A stretch of 63,851 nt of DNA, the filler included, from Choristocarpus tenellus KU-1152 (taxonomy: Eukaryota; Protista; Phaeophyceae), in NCBI GenBank assembly GCA_964200185.2. It is 11 parts of 11 records of this genome, joined end to end, with 100 filler letters (N's around TTAATTAATTAA, not from the genome) between each part and the next. Parts side by side here need not be neighbours in the genome. Positions count along the whole stretch, not along the records: positions 39,750 to 43,088 come from CAXNAD020020712.1; positions 43,189 to 52,155 come from CAXNAD020004155.1; positions 52,256 to 57,472 come from CAXNAD020011472.1; 8 more parts are not named here. The stretch is one strand, 5' to 3'. The position numbers and the translations under genes were made by a program. Below the pieces are notes generated by a model that was not told where the DNA came from, made no database searches, and was given only the letters and a program-made list of their open reading frames with translations. This document shows, piece by piece, positions 41,668 through 52,962 of this stretch (position 1 is the stretch's first letter; every line of letters begins with the position of its first letter).

Positions 41668-42765
41668 GATGATAAAGGCTTGGGCAGATGAAAGAGGGAG
41701 GGCGAGGGCGAGGGGCAGAGATAGGGTTAGGGAGAGGGACCCCCACCGTGGGAGGGACAGAGACAGGGAGGGGGAGAGGGACAGAGACAGGTGAGACCGT
41801 TTCTTGCACAGTGCAGAGAGCGTGCCTGAAGCGGGCACGCTCTCTAGGTGAAAAAGAATGGAAGGCGTTTTGCGTCACTACCTAGAGGGTATACCTTGTG
41901 ATTGAGCTGTTGAGTATATCTTAGAGGGTAGAGTCGCGTCCGTTTGTTTGTTTGTTTTGTTTTGTTTTTGGGGGCGGGGGCGATTAGGGTTAGGGTTAGG
42001 GTTTTGACTAAAAAAAAAAAAAGAGTGTCGGTGTGTGCTTTGTTATTGCTGGACACACAGTTTGGTAGGTAGGTGACCCACTCGGAAATGATTTCGGAAG
42101 ACAAGCCCCCAAATGGACAAACAACAGCAAGACAAGGCTCGTACCCCTCTAATAGGATACTTTCATTCATATGTGCATATTGTGTAGCCGCTACTATATG
42201 AGATCTGAGTTTGAGTTTTTTTTGTTCTAGACAGTGTAGTATCCCCCCTCCCCCCCTCCCTGTTACTTTGTGTTGTTGTTTTTTTTAAGTTGTGGGTTGG
42301 TTGTCTAATGTTGTACTTGGAAGGCGATGGATTGTTATCGCGAAGAGGTTGAGAGGTATAACATTAGGTATAGAGTCTGTTGTATTGCATGTATTGTGAG
42401 AGAGGTGTTGCTGTTTGTTTGTAGTTGTGTCTGTCAGGTTTTAGCTGGGTTTTTCAGGGGATGTCGACCCCTTTCTTCTTCAGTTTATCCCCCCCCCCCA
42501 CCTCCTTGCTTTTCCTCCCTCTGGTATACCATTTTGTGTGTTGAGTGTGTCTGTGTCATAAGTGTTTGGGATAAGGTGGGCTTGTATGTATAGCAATGTA
42601 GTGTATGTAAACAGAAAGAAAGTCTCTATTGGCAAAAGAGTGATTTGAATGACTGATAGGTTTTGTTCAGTGCATACCAATGACCAGATTTTTTTATTGT
42701 GTATGGTGTCATGGGGAAAGGGAAGCAGCATTCTACCTGGTAGGATGGATCCCTGGTCAAAATGA
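41668..42765 (+). CDS. Possible last two exons of an unknown protein with an Arg/Asp/Glu dipeptide tail
   Basis: Exon 41668-41790 (cag|...|GTGAGA, phase 2-2) reads MIKAWADERGRARARGRDRVRERDPHRGRDRDREGERDRD. Exon 42744-42765 gives (R)MDPWSK*. Confidence 0.4.
41903..42168. mobile_element. Degenerate copy of the GAG...CTC MITE, eroded by microsatellite expansion
   Basis: tatcttagagggtagagtcgcgtcc at the left; ccccaaatggacaaac...ctcgtacccctctaataggatactttcattc at the right. Confidence 0.75.
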
Positions 42766-43188
42766 AGGCAATGAAAAATGTTGGCGGAAAAAATGTCTCC
42801 GATGTTGTGTGCATGTGCATGTGTGTGTATATTTATATATATATATGTATAAAGTATTGAAAATGGAAAGGCAGTGAGTGAATGGTAGGATATCTTTTAA
42901 TCTAGTTAATTTTGAGGCACACGTTTGAAGGGTTAGGGCTTAAACCCCCCCGCTGCAACCTCTAGGTGTGACAAGACTGAATATATATATATATATATTT
43001 AGGGGGGGAGGGGGGGGGGGTTCGCACTCTTTTTTTTACAATTGTAACGACTCCCAAAGGGTTCTAATAAGGCGTGATGGGGGACCCCNNNNNNNNNNNN
43101 NNNNNNNNNNNNNNNNNNNNNNNNNNNNNNNNTTAATTAATTAANNNNNNNNNNNNNNNNNNNNNNNNNNNNNNNNNNNNNNNNNNNN

Positions 43189-43247
43189 CAGCATTGGATT
43201 TTGGCCCCCAAATGGACGCGGCCCTACCTTCTAAGATACTTTGGCTC
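43189..43247. mobile_element. MITE end (same family as 24890-25149) at a contig start
   Basis: cccccaaatggacgcggccctaccttctaagatactttggctc; a second such end lies at ~52330-52376. Confidence 0.85.
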
Positions 43248-43576
43248 CAATATCAGGAGGTATAGCCTAGAAGGCCTGACTATGTTCATACTCAACACAT
43301 CTTGATTGTGTTCTAATGTAGCTGGTGTATATAGTGATTTCAGTCTGTTGTGCCAAGTGGTGAAATTCAAAAAAAAAAATGGTAACACCCATTCACACTA
43401 GTGCAAAGGAAGATTTAGAGTTTAAATCATCTAACATTACGATTGACTTCTGTGTCCCACATCAGAAAATATCAGTATCGTACAACCCTCTGCCCCACTA
43501 ATACCAAAACAAAGAATTCTATCATCCCTAATCGCTCTCCCACACTGGAGGGGGGATTTCTTCCTATTTGGTGAAC

Positions 43577-45175
43577 TCAACATGTAATCCAAGGAAGTCC
43601 CTTCCCTAGGTTGTAACCCTCCGGGGATAAGGATGGAATATCACATCTTTCACATCTTTCACTCGTCAGGAACGAGAACTTATCAGTTAGTGAATATTGT
43701 GACAAAATCATTTTGTGATCAAGATCGACCCTTGGAGTGGAAGCAACAGCTTCAAACCGAGTATAGATCAGGGGCAGGTAGTCTTTCACATCTTCTTGCC
43801 TGTTGAGCATCGCCTGGGTATACAGTACTTCACCCCTCTCCACTGCACTAGACTTGTTGGTTGGACAGTAGTTCATGATAGGCAAAAGGTGGTCCATCAT
43901 CCCCTCTCGATCAGTTGCAAGAATCATTGACTGGAGATGTAGTCTGCAGGAGATTGTGGTAACACTCCGACTAAGGGTCCACTCATCAAATTGGGGTACT
44001 ACTAACAAGTGTAATTGTGAAACATGCTCCAATGGAGTGAGATAGCCACTTCTATGTAAAAGCTGTGTGTATACTTCACTATATGTCGAAGGCATGGACA
44101 ACGAGTAGTCTGTTGTTGGTGAGGTGATAAGTTGAAATCTTGAGAATAAGTTCAATAGTGAACATCACCATGACCAATAAATTGAATTCATGCACCCTAC
44201 TTACCTATCCGGTTAAAATTTTCAACAGATGGTACCTGTTGGTTTGCTGTGTATCCCGTTGACAATTGACAGTGGTCCCAACAAGCTTCACTTGATCCTT
44301 CAAATGATCAGTAAAAATCTTCACCCAGTCCCTTGGCCCCCACACTGGTAGGAAAGGACCGCGCACGGAGCCATTCAGAACGATATAATGGTGGAATCGC
44401 CTGCCTTGCTGCTCCATGTGAAGGACACCCGCTCGCCACGCGCCCATGTCGAGACAAGTGTTTTCACGCATTAGGACCTCAACGTTGGGGAGGCTACTGG
44501 GAGGGTTCACTGAGTGGCACCCCTGCATGACGATAAGAAACTGGCCAAGGGTGAAATATTGAGAGGTTTTATTTTCCGGGTCGGTCCACGAGACCCTCAT
44601 GCATGTGAGCCAATCAATTACTGTTGGCACCTAGGACAGAGTGCTGAAAAGGTAACACTGACCTGGTAACGCTGTTCACGGAGCAGGCCAACCTTGAGGA
44701 AAAACCGGAGGTTCTCTAGTGACCCAGATCCTTCGTGATATGCGTAGACGATGAGTGCGGAAGGAGGTGAACTTCCATCCTTCGATGTTTTGGGTATTTC
44801 GACAGAAGGTTTTGGATCGACCTTGTATGCCTCTGTCTGCTGCATCATCCTCACCAATTCGGTGAGAGTGCATTCTCCCTGTTCCGGTGAGCAGTTGTGC
44901 GAAGTCCCCAGTCTATTCGCTTCAAGAAAGGTTCTTGCCACATCTTCCAGATTGTCACCAGCGTCGAAGTAGACAGTTTTGGTTGTTCTTCCGAACCCTG
45001 CATTGAACGACACCGTAACCTGAAGTGACTTAATAGAGTCTGTGAAAACCCCAAGCTGGTCACTCGCTACACTTGGCGCCAGTTGCACTGTATCTGCCCC
45101 AGTCAACGTGGAAGAGGAGACAAGGGCTGGTATTACCGCACAAGAGACGAATAACAAGGCTAGGAGGAACTGCAT
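43577..45175 (-). CDS. Secreted protein with an RgpF-like/GT-A-like putative glycosyltransferase domain; at least 3 exons, 3' end uncertain
   Basis: Signal peptide MQFLLALLFVSCAVIPALVSS. Exons 45175-44663, 44540-44236, and 43943 to either 43800 (GC donor) or the stop at 43577. Motifs: LIVYAYHE...NLRFFL..GL, RENTCLDMG, LNGSVRGPFLP, VKLVGTTVNC, HLQSMILATD..G, GEV.YTQAML. Family assignment is from recalled motif similarity. Confidence 0.8.
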
Positions 45176-45309
45176 TTGACGTTACACTCCAGTCTGCCTC
45201 ACTACAAACAATTCAGTCTCCTTTGTCGTGAAACCATGCGATATACCTGGAAGGCGTTCTTCGACTCCTCTCTCACCTCTCATCACATAAATAACAGGAC
45301 TACTGAAGG

Positions 45310-45495
45310 GACCAGCAATTTTAAGAAGTCTGGGAAACTTTCCAGACTAGTCCCACAATTTGTTATCATGTCCCAGTCCATGTCCACTAGGTATTGAACC
45401 GGTCCATGTCCATCAGTCCCACAATTATTTTACGTGTCCTGGTCCATGCCCACTAGGTATTGAACCGGGCAATGTCCGGGCCATGTCCACAACGT
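45310..45495. repeat. Dispersed ggaccagtcc-rich repeat family
   Basis: Internal duplication of (gtcc)atgtccactaggtattgaaccgg. Related sequence at ~47665-47900 and, more weakly, at ~13840-13945 and ~40570-40605. Confidence 0.65.
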
Positions 45496-46104
45496 GTTAC
45501 GCAAGTGCACACACACTGATCACAAATCACCTCACGCACCCAACATATTTGTACTAAATTTACAATATAAATAGGTTCCATTTTTGGGATGTCTCACTAA
45601 CACATATTGTGGATTTGGTGCGCAGACATCTATCAACCACGTCAATGAACTTGCCCATATCAACTAGTCCACAAGATCAGACACACTTGACCGAAGAAGT
45701 CAAAAGGACTGTCAGGACGAAGATCCATTCCGATTCTGACTTATCCTTTTTCCTGATATGGCGCTGCCCAATAATTCTGTGACATCTGTTGTGCACTATG
45801 GTTTGGGTTCTGTTCTGAATCTCCTCAACTGATTTTGGATGCTGACCCATGACCTGCGAAACTCGGTCTCACCCTCTTTGGCGGAAGAGTTCAGTCTGAT
45901 GATTATGATTGCCCCCTTCTGCAGAGAACTTTTGAATCTTGACACTTGTACAGGTATGATATTGACGAGTGGTAAAAGATTAAATAGATCATGATGTTGG
46001 CAGTCCGAGTGCAAAAAAATATTACCCGCCCCGCAATAATAGATCAAATTTTCTAACATGACAGAGTCACGTACTCAACATCTCCAAAACCACTGACGGG
46101 CAAT

Positions 46105-46330
46105 GTAAAACCATTTTCGAACATGGTCGAGTCCATAGCCATCACATACTCAACAGGAACTGCCCCACCACAGGTCGTGTATAGCCAAGTTCAAATATGA
46201 CAAAGTCCATTGCCATTGACCATTTCAACATGGCCAGGTCACGGACTGGCTCGCAGCCATATGGTCGACAGTGAACGTACTAACTGCCCGGCCCAATGAA
46301 AATCCCTGATAAAATAATCGCTACTATTAT
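46105..46330 (+). repeat. Dispersed ~220-bp repeat; second diverged copy at ~48440-48665
   Basis: Colinear shared blocks: ttcraacayggycragtccat, actcaaca, atttcaacat, tcgcagccatatggycgacagtgrac, ctaactgcc. Confidence 0.8.
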
Positions 46331-46529
46331 GGGCACACCTGTTTACAGTTATGACGGAACCGAGGAGATTCCGGACATTGTTATTATCGATTCAACTCTT
46401 CTTATTGTTGAAATTTTTGAGACTAAGTCCTATTTCCCTTTGCAATCTGGACCGCATTGCGGAATAAAATGAAAGAAAAACTAGAGATGGTTGGCTTATA
46501 TGGAGGAAGTAGGATACATCACCTTTGAT

Positions 46530-46790
46530 GCCCTTAGAGTAAACGAGAGGTATCGAGGGTTGGATTTTTTGGATGTAGACAATTGTGTGAAAAAATTGGC
46601 GTTTTTATAAATGCGTACAAAATATTTACTGAATTCTGTCAAAAAGTTTCGAACAAGAGAAAATCAACACTTGCAAGTCAAACTTATCAATTGACCCATA
46701 CAAAAATATGGGTGAATTCCAAAAGATAGAAAAAAATGTCTTCAAATGCAAAACGGTCAAAACCTGGGTACATCTCGTTTAGTTTGGACA
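46530..46790. mobile_element. ~255-bp MITE, subfamily B (TIR GAGCCAAAGTAAACGAGAGGTAC)
   Basis: agagtaaacgagaggtatc...gggtacatctcgtttagtttgg; the interior is the reverse complement of the copies at 54383-54635 and 61520-61774. Confidence 0.75.
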
Positions 46791-49365
46791 CAAGGTCATA
46801 AAAATCAGACACCAACACAACACTAGTGGATCGCATTATCTTGTTACCAATGGAAGGGATGTAAGAGGACTGACTCTGGTATACTACCAGAAGACAAAAG
46901 CAACCCTGTTGAAGAAAACTCTTGATTTTGTCATTTCCTTGTCTACCACCTTACAAAAAATAAAAATTTAGCCTCTCCCACCTGGTATTCGACCTACATC
47001 TCCAGATTTATTTTGAACTTGCAGAGGGATGTGAGACACCAAGCAATTATTGTATAAAAAACATTATTACCATGTGCTGAAGTAGCGATATTTTATAGTT
47101 TGTGGCAGGTCAGTCCAAGTACTATACGGATGCATGGTCATAAGCACACTGGACTACATCTCATACTACTAGCTGTTGCAATGTGACTAATTTTACTACC
47201 TCCATTCCTGCCTTGCTTCTTGTGCATTGGGTTCAGCACTCCCGCCCCCTGTCACTTCATCTCCTCCCTCGAATCTTGTCTCAGATCTGCCTCGAAGTTT
47301 TCGCCTTTTTTCGATCCGCCGATTTTGTCCCATAATACTCCAGCGTATAGATATTGATTTACTCCAGTATGATGTAGGGTTAGGAGTATGATTCTCAAGT
47401 ATATGATGTATCACCTTTGCACCTATCCTAGCGGTTGCTTAAAGTGTGCACTAATCACAGCGGTAACCACAGCAAAAGCATGCAAAACATAAAATGATAA
47501 TTATCTGTCTTCTCCCTACCAGTAGTGAAAAAAAAGAAGAAAGTCCATGTTATTTGTTGCGAGAGAGAACGAAGAGAAGGGCACAGAAAAATACTCCAGA
47601 CTCCCCCTCCCCCATTAATAAAGAAGGAGAGAAGGAAGAAATATAGCAGAGCCCTTCACTGGGCCAGCAGATTAAGAAAAGTCCCATCTACCAGCCCGAC
47701 CAGTCCCGCAATTATTTTTAAAGTCCTGGTCCATTTCCGTTAGGTATTGAACTGGTCCATGTCCCCCGATCAGACCAAATCAAACATTCTCTGACATGTC
47801 CGGACCATATTCACCAGTCAGCCTAACTTTTCGCCTTGCATGATCAGACCATGACCGTCTGTGAGTTTTTTTTTTCTCACGTGTCGGGACCATGTCCACG
47901 ACACTTATGGATCACGTATCACCTCGGACACCCAGGATTGCATTTGTATCCAATTTACAACTTAAATATTCTAAGTAAGACGTTATAAAATAACACGCAA
48001 CTTTATAATATACTACATAGTAGTGTGAAACAGATGGAAACAGGCAGACAGGTTATTCAGACTGAAGGGGATCGGGAAGACCAAAAGGAGGAAGGGGAAT
48101 GAAGAGAGACAAGGCAGGAGGGTGAGGAATCCCTCAGAAGGTCACTCAGGGAGGAATGAGCAGGGAAATTGAATGAGGGGGCTTGTAACCTCCACTTACC
48201 AACCCGATGTTGACGTCATCAGGAAGCAATGCTGATGTCATATGAGGAAACATACCTTGAGGTACACCTTCTACAGGAAGGACCCTTTGAAGTTATAGCT
48301 TGACAGGAGGGTGGCTATCACGGTAGACCCTTGAAATTTAGGATACAATATTCAAGGAGAGTAGTAAAATCATAATAGGAGGCAAGGCCATGACGTTGCC
48401 AGCCTGAGTATAAAAAAAGTATTACCTGGCTTTCCATAGAAAAAATGTTCAAACACGGCCAAGTCCATGACTATAGCTTACTCAACATGAGCGGGGCCAC
48501 TGGCCCGCCATGTACAACCAGGTTCGAACATGTCTGAGTCCATGACCATTGATGATTTCAACATAGTCGAGTCATGGACCAGGTCGCAGCCATATGGCCG
48601 ACAGTGGACATGCTAACTGCCTGATCCGATTAAATAGTCCTAATAAATATCATCTCTTTGTATTACGAAATATACAACAAAAATCGAATTTGGAAATGTT
48701 CATTTTGCTAAGTTTGTGTCCTTTACACACGTAAGTTCAAATCTCACCGGTATTGCCAATACAAATCATACGACAATGTGGCGGCGTGGTTCACTCAGGC
48801 AAGGGTGGTGAAGAGAATCACTAGGCAAGACGGACCAGACGGACAAACACGAGCCATAACTAAGAGGTCGAGGTTAAGGTTGGACAAGTGGGCCGACAGA
48901 GCATCTTGACCTTGGGATTGAGAGATCGGACAAGAACATGGAAGTGTTCTTTTTCGCCTATGAGTGTGGTTGAGGGGAGGAGAAACGACACCTAAGGGGA
49001 GGCATTGAAATATAGATGGAGTAAAGTAAATACGCCCAAGGACGCTAATAATTAGCTCATGAATGCAGCATATTGAGCGGACTATATCAATACTTTTGCT
49101 ACCCAGTATCACATAGTTAAATGCTTGAGTAAAACAAACGCTGACTGTGCGTGATATGTGTGGGAGTGGCAAAACTAACAGATAATGGGTTGGTAGGTCA
49201 TGACAATGAATCGCCACAGATGGTTCAGCCTGGTAGAACATTACTCTGGTTTGAAACTGTCTATGATCAGGTGAGATGGTTTCCCTTTTCCCTTCTCGTT
49301 CCGCTGACATTTTCCGAGAGCTTCTCTGTGCCCTTCTAGAGACCTAAACCATTTGAGAGGTAGAC

Positions 49366-51930
49366 TGTGCAAAATAGGACAATAGTGAGATGTGCCTTAT
49401 TTTGTGCATGCGAGATTATTCCATTGAATTGAGTCTAAGTGATGTCGCTAATGAGATAGTACATCTGAACTATTTGGAGTTCTGAATTATCTATGAAGTT
49501 TATTGTTGCAGTTAAACTGTTCTGTAACAAATATTAATAAAGAAACAAGCAATAGAAGACACCCCACAAAGGTCACCCTTCTAATTTCATCCATCCATTC
49601 TTTTCACGTTTAGCAAGGGGGGTCGTGTGAGGCTCCACACCTTCTTGTCTTCACTACTAATAAATAGCAATACCTTCCGAGATAAATTGCACAGGTTATG
49701 AGCCTTTGTAGTATGGAGACTGACCTGAAGAAACTTGCTGTCTGGACGGGGGCCACAGGAAGGTCATTGGAGACATGGTCCACTTGGAAGCTGTTGCTGA
49801 TAGGCTGCACTGGTGGAAAGGATTTGACGAGATTACGACAAGGGACAACGAGATTCCTGAAACTCTCACCACCACCACAGGAGAGGCAGTGCGCACGGGA
49901 CATGCCACGTGTATGAAGAACACAAGGTATTATGGTTCCTGCTTATGGCTCAAAGTATATGGGGGTGGTGGTGTCTGTCCATTCGAGGCCCATTTTTCCT
50001 GTCGCAAATTTTGGGTTATGTAAGTACACTTTTCCTGGTCAGGGCCCAAATGGACACCGCAGTATAGACCCCACCCCACCCCCTAGATTCGTTGAGCTTG
50101 ATCCAAGCCACAAAGGGGTCAGCATCAGCAATCATTGCGAGATACGAAAACGAGGGTCAGTCAGACGGCAGAGGGGCATGGTTAGAGTTAGAAAGAGTCT
50201 ATGGAGGACGTGCGGAGGACTAGATCCTTGTGCAGCTCGTTACACGTTGGAGGCCAGACATCGAGAACTCCGGTGTGCGGCATGACAGGACAGCACGATT
50301 TTGTAGTTCAACTCAACCGGCTATTTTCCGACTTCGAGCAGCTCAAGGAGCCAAAATAGAAAGCATGAAGAGGGCATCTATACTGCTTGGGATCAACGAA
50401 GCCATGCCACATGTGTTCACACAATTGATAACGCACCCTGACATCAGATATGAGGAGGTCAAACGGGCAATCATCTCTTCGACAACCTACCTTCACTCAG
50501 ACCGAGATGTGCATGATGGGGTATTGGCAATGCACCGCATTGTAATGAACAGCTATGCTGGGAAGTCCAGGGGATCAGCTAGAAGCGGCCCCAAACCAAA
50601 CCAATATGAATACTCCTTGAAGACGAACCATCAATGGCAGAGGTGCTACTCATAATTGGATGGAAAGCCACCTGCAGAACGCCCGCCTGGGATGGCACCT
50701 GCCAGAACATTTCCACCACCTCTACTTGGTGGGACCTGGAACAGAGTAGATGGGAACCAAGCACGCTCCTTCTCCACCTTCAAGGTGACAGCAGACGAGG
50801 AGGTTAACAAAAGAGTGGTGATCAACTCCTCCAGTGGAAGACAAGTCGAGATGTATGTTGTGTGACTCCAGAGCAAACTTCCATCTCACGTCTGATCGTT
50901 AAGGCCTCGTAAGGACTTGGGGCACCAAACGGACATGCAGCTTCAGTAACAATGGGAAATTGAAGCAAAGGAAACTGGGGATATGGTTCTAATGGTGACG
51001 AACAAGAATGGCAAGCCAACAAGAGTGGTTCTGAAGGATGTGCTATGTCTACCACATCTACCATGCCGCATATTGAGTACTGGAAGCATACGATATTATG
51101 GAGGAGAATTTATGGATTCAGGGACAAGAGAAAGTTACCTCCAAGAATTCGCCCAAGACAAACGTACGAAAGTCTGGGGGGTTCTAAATTTAACAGGAAC
51201 GGTAATGAAGGATGAAGAATTGAGAGCCAGCGCAGCACGAGCAAATCAAAAGCAAAAGCTGACACTGAAGGACTGGCGGAACACATTTTGGACCACATCA
51301 ACGCATCGATTATTAAGCATCTCGAGAAGCGTGGTTGGAGATCACCGGTGCTATTGTGGCATCGGAATTGCGATGCAAGACATTCAAGGAGTGAAAATCA
51401 GAGACTCTAAGCTGTCAACGGGGTGGCAGGGCCCCTTAGCAGTCCAGCGAGGTTGTACATACGGATTTGGCATGACCTTTTCAACCAGGCATCACTGGAC
51501 ACAAATACTCTCAGGTGTTTGTTGATGAGAGCAGCCGAGACAAGAGGGTTTACGAATTGAAAACCAAAAACACAGCGACGGACATAACCGCTGCCTATCT
51601 CGGCCAGATGGGCAGGGAAGGTATACCAGTCCAATGTATCGGTAGGGATGGTGCTGGCGACCTTGGGAGGTCAGTAAAGTTTCAAAGGATGCTGGCGAAC
51701 AACTGTACCAGATGGAGGAAATTCCCACCGAGAACACCACAGAGCAACGGGATCACCGAAAGGGCGATATAGCAACTCATGGGGGCAGCAAGGTGTGCAG
51801 AATAAGATGTTTTAGGTTTGAGATTTCCAGCAACCCTTCATTCATTGCATTCTCATGGAGGAGTGTGCAAAATAGGACAATAGTGAGGTGTACCATATTT
51901 CGTGTATGAGAGAGTGAGAGTTTATGAAGT
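49366..51930 (+). mobile_element. Decayed, internally deleted Ty1/copia element (5' LTR, PBS, gag, protease, integrase, partial 3' LTR)
   Basis: 5' LTR 49366-49693 with TGTGCAA...TTGCACA termini; PBS GGTTATGAGCC 49694-49704; gag ATG 49713; protease VVLKDVLCLPHLPCRILS; integrase VHTDL...FVDESSR...RDGAGDL...PPRTPQSNGITERAI. Purine tract ggaggag then LTR start TGTGCAAAATAGGACAATAGTGAG at 51864. No RT or RNase H between integrase and the 3' LTR. Confidence 0.9.
49947..50098. mobile_element. ~150-bp MITE, subfamily C, inserted in copia gag
   Basis: ttat|GGCTCAAAGTATATGGGGG...cccaaatggacacc...ccctagattcgttgagct|tgat; homologous to 63663-63841; TSD matches at 3 of 4 positions. Confidence 0.75.
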
Positions 51931-52962
51931 AATCTGAGTTTTGTGGGCGGAAGAATTCTGGTTGACTGGGGGCACAGGACAAGCGTGGGTAGGGGAAAGA
52001 AAAAGAAGGAAGCAGGAAGAGAATGAACAGGTAAGGAAGGGAAGAAAAGGTTAATGGAAATGAGTGGTAGATAAGGGGAAGTGTTCGTAGATAGTGCTGC
52101 CGATACACTATAGACACCACTGGTGGATTATGTGATAAGGTAGAGAGCCAGTGACNNNNNNNNNNNNNNNNNNNNNNNNNNNNNNNNNNNNNNNNNNNNT
52201 TAATTAATTAANNNNNNNNNNNNNNNNNNNNNNNNNNNNNNNNNNNNNNNNNNNNATTAAAAACTTCTTTGGAAATATAGCCTTTATCGGCAAATAATTT
52301 ACATCTCATCAAAATCACAACATTGTACTTTGACCCCCAAATGGACGCGGCTCTACCCTCTAAGATACTTTGGCTGTCTTTCACCACTACTCTATCCTCT
52401 GCTACCGCACGGTGGTAGTACAACTTCTCCGTTGCACTCTATTTTTGAGATAGTAGTGCTCTCTATGTGAGGGCAATAAAGAAGAACAAATAGTGTGGTA
52501 GAATGATGTGTACACAGCACAAAAAGCTAGTAAAACATAAAACGCCCACACCACCTGGTCCATTGTTGAAAATGGTCAAGACTGAACGCTTTTTTATACT
52601 CCGCTATCCCCTTGTGCTTGGTCGTGACTACACTGTAACGACTCACTCTGAATCATTGACATTCCCCCAACAAATCCAGCAATGCAAAGAACATTCACCA
52701 AAAAACATGTGTGAACATCAAACAAAATATTGGCTCCAGGTGTGACATATGCACAAATAAAATTCTGACAGCACTGATTGATGTGCTCACAAAAAATTAT
52801 CCCCTCCTACTCTTCTTATTAGCTTTACCCCATCCTCCTCACAAAAAAAAGCATTGTGTTGGGCATTGGGACCACTAATCTCCTATGATAGAAATGAGGT
52901 GGCATGGAGGAAGCATCTACTTGTGGTTTAACTTGCATTATATCAGTGAGTGGGGCGCTTTG

